From the NCBI GenBank assembly GCA_965197745.1, contig CBDANS010000006.1, forward strand, positions 64,001 to 128,000: a stretch of 64,000 bases of DNA, written 5' to 3'. How positions within the stretch are numbered: position 1 is the stretch's first letter; every line of letters starts with the position of its first letter. Shown one piece after another: positions 42,098 through 50,050 of the stretch. The position numbers and the translations under genes were made by a program. The notes below the pieces were generated by a model, which saw only the letters and a program-made list of their open reading frames with translations, was not told the origin of the DNA and made no database searches. Source of the stretch: Opitutales bacterium. Its GTDB lineage: Bacteria > Verrucomicrobiota > Verrucomicrobiia > Opitutales > PNEW01.

Positions 42098-44341
42098 ATG
42101 TACTCAAGAAATATTGTTTCGGTTTTATTAATAACTCTGACAATTCCCGTATTTGTCTCAGCGCTTCCTCAAGACCTTGAAACTTTTTTCGATTTCGAAA
42201 ATGAATCAGCGACGGGGACGGAATTCACCCTGGGCGTAGCCCCGTTTACCATCCGGGTTATTGGGTTTACCCTGGAAACTGTTGATAACCCGGCCCTCGC
42301 TCATTCTGGAACCAAAGCTTTAGTCCTTGCAGCGGGTCAGGAAGGGAAAATTATTTTAGAAAGGGGCGCCAATTTACTCCAGTTTTATGCTGGTGAATCA
42401 TCCGGTGGCGGCCGTTTGGAACTCAGAGATAGAAGTGCTCTGGTTTTAAGTCCTGATGGGACAATTGATGGGCTGCCAGCTAACATCAGCCCGGGCGCTA
42501 ATCCCCCGCTTCAAAGTTTTGTCGCCTTCACTGGAGATATTAATGATCCAAACGACCTAAACTTTACGAGCGGTGTCATCGAAATAAAAATCATCAATGT
42601 AAATGAACGGGCGGTTATAGACGATCTTGGGTTCACCTACACGGTTGGTCCTCCCAACAATACCATTTTTGAAGATTTCAATAATGTAGGCACCCATTTA
42701 AAACCGGAATTTAATAGCCCTAATTCGAGGGTAAATTTCACTCTCGGAACCTCCCCTTACACCGCGACGTTTACCGGGGGCATTGCCTCCAATTCGGGCG
42801 GCGGTTTTTTTAATCATTCTATTCCCAGCGGTGGTTCTGACGTTGCAGGTGTCTGGAGAGTTGAAGATGCCTCTTTTTCAGGGGCGACGGGTGTCGGTAT
42901 TGTTACTTTCGAGACACCGGTCGCTAAATTAGAATTCTACGCTGCGGTCTTCCTCGAGGAAGATGGGGAAATTCAAATTTTCGATACTAATGATAACCTC
43001 CTCACATCAACCAAAGATTTACCGCTTAATATAAGTCACTTTTTTGAGTCACCCTTTACTTATTTATCTTTTAATGCCGCGGAGTTAGGGGCTCCTGAAG
43101 GAATTGGGAAAATGCATTATCTCAACTTGGAAGAAGTCTCTTTTCAAGGGAACGTGCTGCATAATGTCATTGATGATATTGGGTTTACTCCGGTCGGTGC
43201 TCCCGGTAGCGGTTCCGAGGGCCCCCCCCCGGTAGCCGGTCCCTCTATTACCACCCAGCCCGTGAGCCAGGAAGTGCAGTCGGGTTCAGCCATTGCCTTA
43301 TCGGTTGTCGCCAGCGGTGATGATCTTACCTACCAGTGGTATACCGGCAACAGCGGTGACACCGCCAGTCCCCTCGCCGGGGCTGCCGCCAGCACCTACA
43401 CCACCGGTGCGCTCACCGCGAGCACCAACTTCTGGGTGCAGGTAAGCAATGCCGGAGGTAGCACTGACAGCGATACCGCGGTCATCACCGTGACAGCGCC
43501 TTCCATTCCCCTCGTCCTTGACGGCTCGGGTGATATCGCCGGGGAAGACATTCAGCATGCCAACGGCAACGTCTTCGACCAGATTTTACTCACCGGAGAG
43601 TTCGTCCAACTCCAGGCCAAACCGGGACAGATCACCCGTGTTTCTTTCATGGACGAAAACGAGGACATTGTGCAGGTCGAGTTCTCAGGCAACGGGACCT
43701 TTACCGTAACCCTCGATCCGGCCACCTTTCTGCCCCCGGCCATACCTCCACGCTACAACCAAGCCGTCGAGTACGTGACGGGCAAACCCAGCGTGGTTAT
43801 CGACGGAGCTGATGCCAATACCTTCTTCAGCATCTTTACAGTGGGCAAGATCAACGCCTTTAACCAGGCACTGTTCCCCGAAGGACAGGTCTATGACGCC
43901 CAGGCCGATGTGGCCCTCGTGGAAGTAGTCAACTCCACGGGACTGGGAGGGGTGCAGCTATCGAATGCCGTGTTCAGTGGAAGCACGGGCAAGGTCGGCT
44001 TCGATGCGCGCGGCGTGCCGATCGCGGTACGCTTAACGGTGGGCGACATCGATGCCAACGGCGATGCGGTGCCGCACCTCCTGTTCGGAGACGGGTCCTT
44101 CACGGTAGCGGCGGGCAACCCCGGGATGCGTATTACCGGAGGAGACCTGATGCAGACGAACGGTGCCGCAGTCGTGGTCGCGGAGAGTGGTTCAACAACC
44201 CCCGGGTTCGAGACCCTGATCACCCAGAACAACTTCAAGTCTGACGAAACGCCTCAACCGACACTGAGCATCGATGCCACCTTCGCCAACGAGGACGGTG
44301 ACGAGATCACCGTGGATATTGATGAGATCACGATCGAGTGA
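42098..44341 (+). CDS. Secreted surface protein, array copy 1 (two variable modules + Ig + conserved C-terminal domain)
   Basis: Signal peptide ending VSA-LPQ; Pro/Gly linker; ITTQP...YQWY Ig-like domain; C-terminus shared with three paralogs; alternative start 42077. Confidence 0.85.
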   Translation: MYSRNIVSVLLITLTIPVFVSALPQDLETFFDFENESATGTEFTLGVAPFTIRVIGFTLETVDNPALAHSGTKALVLAAGQEGKIILERGANLLQFYAGESSGGGRLELRDRSALVLSPDGTIDGLPANISPGANPPLQSFVAFTGDINDPNDLNFTSGVIEIKIINVNERAVIDDLGFTYTVGPPNNTIFEDFNNVGTHLKPEFNSPNSRVNFTLGTSPYTATFTGGIASNSGGGFFNHSIPSGGSDVAGVWRVEDASFSGATGVGIVTFETPVAKLEFYAAVFLEEDGEIQIFDTNDNLLTSTKDLPLNISHFFESPFTYLSFNAAELGAPEGIGKMHYLNLEEVSFQGNVLHNVIDDIGFTPVGAPGSGSEGPPPVAGPSITTQPVSQEVQSGSAIALSVVASGDDLTYQWYTGNSGDTASPLAGAAASTYTTGALTASTNFWVQVSNAGGSTDSDTAVITVTAPSIPLVLDGSGDIAGEDIQHANGNVFDQILLTGEFVQLQAKPGQITRVSFMDENEDIVQVEFSGNGTFTVTLDPATFLPPAIPPRYNQAVEYVTGKPSVVIDGADANTFFSIFTVGKINAFNQALFPEGQVYDAQADVALVEVVNSTGLGGVQLSNAVFSGSTGKVGFDARGVPIAVRLTVGDIDANGDAVPHLLFGDGSFTVAAGNPGMRITGGDLMQTNGAAVVVAESGSTTPGFETLITQNNFKSDETPQPTLSIDATFANEDGDEITVDIDEITIE

Positions 44342-44365
44342 TTGGTGATCTATCGATCAGTGTTA

Positions 44366-44401
44366 GCCGCCGTCGTCCCGCGGGTGCGGGACTATGGCGT
44401 G
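44366..44401. repeat. 36-bp hairpin repeat GCCGCCGTCGTCCCGCG.GT.CGGGACTATGGCGTG (also 47154-47189, 52441-52476)
   Basis: Three near-identical copies with internal stem GTCCCG...CGGGAC. Confidence 0.85.
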
Positions 44402-44419
44402 ACATGAGTGTTAAGTTTT

Positions 44420-44502
44420 AGGTGGAACGCACTGTCCCTAGTGCGTTTAGAACTTTTATTATTGATAAACTACTAAGCGCGCTGGGACAGCCCGCTCCAC
44501 CT
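44420..44502. repeat. GGTGG-tagged REP-like inverted doublet (also 47201-47308, 52502-52579; single unit 52330-52381)
   Basis: AGGTGGA.CG...TGTCCC... paired with ...GCTGGGACAGCCCGCTCCACCT. Confidence 0.8.
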
Positions 44503-44580
44503 TTCATTGATAAATCAAGCAGCTATCGGTGACATCTTCCATTCAATGGAAATGACGATCACCCCTATTGGCCGACAGTA

Positions 44581-44740
44581 ACCGTTCACTGTTTATTGTT
44601 CACCGTCCCCTCTCCACTGTTCACTCTCCACTCCCCACTGTTCACTGTTTACTGTTCACTGTTCACTCTCCACTTTCCCCTCCCCACCGTTCACTGTTCA
44701 CTTTCCCCTCTCCCCCCTTCACTGTTCACTTTCCCCTCAC
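44581..44740. repeat. Degenerate 7-mer tandem repeat (CTGTTCA/CTCTCCA); shorter tract at 49881-49939
   Basis: Visible runs such as ctgttcactgtttactgttcactgttcactctcca. Confidence 0.85.
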
Positions 44741-44926
44741 TCAGTATCGGGATTATTTTAATAGTTGACGGAACATTTTTCCTGTTTTGGTATTCTAAAT
44801 ATCATACGGCCTGTGCTGATTTTAGACTAAAACCTCATCCAGGATAAAAGTCTATACACGCAATTAAATAAAAGTTGGCTAATGGAGCTCTAAATAAAAC
44901 ACGTTCCAAAATAATGGGGGGATCAA

Positions 44927-47136
44927 ATGTTCAAAAAAAAACTCGTTTCACTATCCTTAATTTCACTGATGTTACCTGTCATGCTCTCAGCTCTTCCTCA
45001 AGATCTGGAGGTATTCACAGATTTCGAGAACATCAGTGGTGAAGGGGAATTTTTCATTGGGGAGGACCCCAACAGGGTCAAGATAGTCGGATTCACGGTT
45101 GAAACGCTGGAAGATCCGGCACTCTTACACTCCGGAACAAAAGTGATAACTCTCGGGCCTGGTCAGGAGGGGGTAATTGTATCGGAAAGAGGACTTGATG
45201 AAATCCAATTCTATGCGGCTGAGAATACGGGAGCAGGTAAAATCGAGTACCGAGGAAACTCCATTCTAGCTGATGGAACTATAGGAATCGTTCTCGCCCT
45301 CAATGGCGTAATCGATGGTTTGCCCAATAATATCAGCCCCGGCGCAAATCCCCCCTTACAAGGCGGTATTGCAGATAGTGGTGTTTTTTTCGATAACGAC
45401 GACTTTGACTTTATCGATGGCATCAGAGAAATAAAGATCAAGGATGTTACAGGTAAATTATCCATCGACGATCTGGGCTTCACGCTTACGTCCAGACCGT
45501 CCAATAACACGGTTTATACTTATTTTGATGAATTCAGTGTAGGTGTTGGACAGTTCGAACCCATTGTTATTGGGACATCACCCTATACTGCTTCTTTTGA
45601 TGGTGGTATAATTATGTCCGGAGCATCAGAAAACCCCACTCATTCGGGAGAACTGTCCTATGGGATTCCAGTTAATGGCGATTCATTCGAAGTCGTCTTT
45701 GAAACCCCCGCTTATGAAATAGACACTTATGCAGGTGCACTTTTATTATCAAGCGCTTCAGAATCTGATGGCTCGATTGAAGTCTATGATACGGATGATA
45801 ACCTGATTGCTACTTTTACGGATTTTACGGCTTCTGGTGGTCTACGCTTTGAATTCAAACCCCCTTTTTAACGATCAATGCAGTTGAATTGGGAGCCCCG
45901 GGCGGTATCAGCAGACTGGTTGTTAAAGACAATCCAAATTTAAATGAAGCGAGAAGCCGGACAGTCATAGACACTTTTGGTTTTACCCCTATCGGTGCTC
46001 CCGGCAGTGGTGGTGAACCACCTCCGGCACAAGGCCCTTCCATTACCAACCAGCCCGCCAGCCAGGAAGTGCAGTCCGGCGCTTCGGCGAGTTTGTCTGT
46101 CGCTGCCAGCGGCGACGATCTCACTTACCAGTGGTATACCGGTAACAGCGGTGACACCGCAGCTCCCGTCGCCGGCGCCACCGGAAGCACGCTAACTACG
46201 GGTGCTCTCACCGCGAGCACGAACTTCTGGGCACAGGTAACCAACACCGGGGGTTCCGCTGACAGCGATACCGCGGTCATCACCGTGTCAGCACCTTCCG
46301 TGCCCCTCGTTCTTGACGGCTCGGGCGATATCGCCGGGGAAGACATTCAGCATGCCAACGGTAACGTCTTCGACCAGATATTACTCACCGGAGAGTCCGT
46401 CCAACTCCAGGCCAAACCGGGACAGATCACCCGCGTTTCCTTCATGGACGAAAACGAAGACATTGTACAGGTAGAGTTCTCAGGCAACGGGACCTTTACC
46501 GTAACCCTCGACCCGGCCACCTTCCTGCCCCCGGCCATTCCCCCACGCTACAACCAGCAAGTTGAGTACGTGACGGGCAAACCGAGCGTGGTCATCGACG
46601 GAGCCGACGCCAATACCTTCTTCAGCATTTTCACGGTGGGCAAGATCAACGCCTTTAACCAGGCACTGTTCCCCGAAGGACAGGTCTATGACGCCCAGGC
46701 CGACGTGGCCCTCGTGGAAGTAGTCAACTCCACGGGACTGGGAGGAGTCCAGCTGTCGAACGCTGTGTTTAGCGGAAGCACGGGCAAGGTCGGCTTTGAT
46801 GCGCGCGGTGTGCCGATCGCTGTACGCTTAACGGTGGGCGACATCGACGCCGATGGTGATGCGGTGCCACACATCCTGTTCGGAGAAGGGTCCTTCACGG
46901 TAGCGGCGGGCAACCCCGGGATGAGGATCACCGGTGGCGACCTCTTGCAGACGAACGGTGCTGCAATCGTCGTCGCTGAGAGTGGTTCAACAACGACCGG
47001 GTTTGAGACCCTGATCACCCAGAACAACTTCAAGTCCGACGAAACACCTCAGCCGACACAGAGTATCGATGCCACTTTCGCCAACGAGGACGGTGACGAG
47101 ATTACCGTGGCTATTGATGAGATCACGATCGAGTGA
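44927..47136 (+). pseudogene. Surface protein array copy 2, frameshifted
   Basis: AAACCCCC-T5-AACG at 45857-45873 versus T6 in copy 3; ORFs 44927..45871 and 45889..47136 join into a full paralog if one T is added. Confidence 0.85.
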
Positions 47137-47559
47137 TCTATCGATCAGTGTTAGCCGCCGTCGTCCCGCGGGTGCGGGACTATGGCGTGCCATGGGTGTT
47201 AGGTGGAACGCGGTGCCTGTGTCGGCCATAGCTTCAGCGACGGCTGATCCCTACCGCGTTTAAGTTCAGTTATAAAAAAGAAGCGTGCTGGGACAGCCCG
47301 CTCCACCTAAAATAATTTAAGGAGATAGACGAGGACGACGATTTAATGTTTATATTATAGTTAAATATAAACTATAAAGCAGCCCAGGGACCACCCTGGT
47401 TCACTATTATTGGACGAAAGTACCTGTTCACGGTTCACTAATCCCAAAAGGAGCTAAGAATTGTTAAATATCACTTGAATTGTGTTCATTAGACAATTAA
47501 TTAATAGTTAACTAATGGAGCTCTAAATAAAACACGTTCCAAAATAATGGGGGGATCAA

Positions 47560-49785
47560 ATGTTCAAAAAAAAACTCGTTTCACTATCCTTAATTTCACT
47601 GATGTTACCTGTCATGCTCTCAGCTCTTCCTCAAGATCTGGAGGTATTCACAGATTTCGAGAACATCAGTGGAGAAGGTGATTTTTACATTGGGGAATTT
47701 CCAGATAGAATCAGGTTAATTGGATTCACGGTTGAAACGCTGGAAGATCCAGCGCTCTTGCATTCCGGATCAAAGGCGATAACCCTCGGGCCGGGTCAGG
47801 AGGGGATAATTGTATCGGAAAGAGGACTTGATGAAATCCAATTTTATGCGGGCGAGAATACGGGAGCAGGCAAGATCGAGTATCGAGGAAATTACGAAGT
47901 AGCATCAGGTTCGGGTTTTGGGACCTCTATAGGACTCATTCTCGCCGACAATGGCGTAGTCGATGGTCTGCCTAATAATATCAGCCCCGGCGCAAATCCC
48001 CCCTTACAGGGTGGTATTTCAGACAGTGGTGTTTTCTTCGATAACGACGACTTTGACTTTATCGATGGCATCAGAGAAATAAAGATCAAGGATGTTACAG
48101 GTAAATTATCCATCGACGATTTAGGGTTCACTACAACGTCCAGACCGTCCAATAACACGGTCTATACTTATTTTGATGAATTCAGTGTAGGGACAGGACA
48201 GTTCGAACCCATTGTTATTGGGACATCACCCTATACAGCTACTTTGGAAGGCGGTATTATTATGTCCAGAGCGGCAGAAAACCCGGCTCATTCGGGAGAG
48301 CTGTCCTTTGGGCTTCAGGTAAATGGCGAATCATTCGAAATTGTCTTTGAAACCCCCGCTTATGAAATAGACACTTACGCAGGCGCGCTTTTATTATCGA
48401 GCGCATCAGAATCTGATGGCTCGATTGAAGTCTATGATACGGGTGATAACCTGATTGCTACTTTTACGGATTTCACAGCTTCTGGTGGCCTGAACTTTAC
48501 TCTCAAACCCCCTTTTTTAACGATCAATGCAGTTGAATTGGGAGCCCCGGGCGGTATCAGCAGACTGGTTGTTAAAGACAATCCTAATTTAAATGAAGCG
48601 AGAAGCCGGACAGTCATAGACACTTTTGGTTTTACCCCTGTCGGTGCGCCCGGCAGTGGTGGTGAACCACCTCCGGCACAAGGTCCATCCATAACTACCC
48701 AGCCCGCCAGCCAGGAAGTGCAGTCCGGCGCTTCGGCGAGTTTGTCTGTCGCTGCCAGCGGCGACGATCTCACTTACCAGTGGTATACCGGTAACAGCGG
48801 TGACACCGCAGCTCCCGTCGCCGGCGCCACCGGAAGCACGCTAACTACGGGTGCTCTCACCGCGAGCACGAACTTCTGGGCACAGGTAACCAACACCGGG
48901 GGTTCCGCTGACAGCGATACCGCGGTCATCACCGTGTCAGCACCTTCCGTGCCCCTCGTTCTTGACGGCTCGGGCGATATCGCCGGGGAAGACATTCAGC
49001 ATGCCAACGGTAACGTCTTCGACCAGATTTTACTCACCGGAGAGTTCGTCCAACTCCAGGCCAAACCGGGACAGATCACCCGCGTTTCCTTCATGGACGA
49101 AAACGAAGACATTGTACAGGTAGAGTTCTCAGGTAACGGTACCTTTACCGTATCCCTCGACCCGGCCACTTTCCTGCCCCCGGCCGTCCCCCCACGCTAC
49201 AACCAGGCCGTCGAATATGTGACGGGTAAGCCGAGCGTGGTCATCGACGGAGCCGACGCCAATACCTTCTTCAGCATTTTCACGGTGGGCAGGATCAACG
49301 CCTTTAACCAGGCGCTGTTCCCCGAAGGACAGGTCTATGACGCCCAGGCCGACGTGGCCCTCGTGGAAGTAGTCAACTCCACAGGATTGGGAGGGGTACA
49401 GTTATCGAATACCGTGTTCAGTGGAAGCACGGGCAAGGTCGGCTTCGATGCGCGTGGAGTACCGATCGCTGTACGCTTAACGGTGGGCGACATCGACGCC
49501 GATGGTGATGCGGTGCCACACATCCTGTTCGGAGAAGGGTCCTTCACGGTAGCGGCGGGCAACCCCGGGATGAGGATCACCGGTGGCGACCTCTTGCAGA
49601 CGAACGGTGCTGCAATCGTCGTCGCTGAGAGTGGTTCAACAACGACCGGGTTTGAGACCCTGATCACCCAGAACAACTTCAAGTCCGACGAAACACCTCA
49701 GCCGACACAGAGTATCGATGCCACTTTCGCCAACGAGGACGGTGACGAGATTACCGTGGCTATTGATGAGATCACGATCGAGTGA
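47560..49785 (+). CDS. Secreted surface protein, array copy 3
   Basis: Intact close paralog of copy 2 with identical signal peptide. Confidence 0.88.
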   Translation: MFKKKLVSLSLISLMLPVMLSALPQDLEVFTDFENISGEGDFYIGEFPDRIRLIGFTVETLEDPALLHSGSKAITLGPGQEGIIVSERGLDEIQFYAGENTGAGKIEYRGNYEVASGSGFGTSIGLILADNGVVDGLPNNISPGANPPLQGGISDSGVFFDNDDFDFIDGIREIKIKDVTGKLSIDDLGFTTTSRPSNNTVYTYFDEFSVGTGQFEPIVIGTSPYTATLEGGIIMSRAAENPAHSGELSFGLQVNGESFEIVFETPAYEIDTYAGALLLSSASESDGSIEVYDTGDNLIATFTDFTASGGLNFTLKPPFLTINAVELGAPGGISRLVVKDNPNLNEARSRTVIDTFGFTPVGAPGSGGEPPPAQGPSITTQPASQEVQSGASASLSVAASGDDLTYQWYTGNSGDTAAPVAGATGSTLTTGALTASTNFWAQVTNTGGSADSDTAVITVSAPSVPLVLDGSGDIAGEDIQHANGNVFDQILLTGEFVQLQAKPGQITRVSFMDENEDIVQVEFSGNGTFTVSLDPATFLPPAVPPRYNQAVEYVTGKPSVVIDGADANTFFSIFTVGRINAFNQALFPEGQVYDAQADVALVEVVNSTGLGGVQLSNTVFSGSTGKVGFDARGVPIAVRLTVGDIDADGDAVPHILFGEGSFTVAAGNPGMRITGGDLLQTNGAAIVVAESGSTTTGFETLITQNNFKSDETPQPTQSIDATFANEDGDEITVAIDEITIE

Positions 49786-50050
49786 TCTATCGATCAGTGT
49801 TAGGTTCTAAGTTTTAAGTGTTAAGCAATTAGGTGGACCTCGTGGGTGCCTGTCAGCCGTTGGGCTATGACTGACAGGCACCGTTCACTTTCCCTCCACT
49901 TTTCACTGTTCACTGCTCACTGTTCACTTCCCCCTCTCCCTATATAGGGATTATATTAAGAGTTGACGGAACATATTCGCTGATTTGGTATTCTAAATAT
50001 TAGGCAACCCACGCAGATAATTGAGTAAAACCCCTATAGGATAATAGTCT

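Noticed and set aside
44342..44760. CRISPR array in the repeat-rich spacers
   Set aside because: No constant repeat alternating with unique spacers of regular length; no cas genes
44568..44847. ORFs 44568..44768 and 44596..44847
   Set aside because: Translations of the heptamer tract (FTVH repeats); no coding evidence
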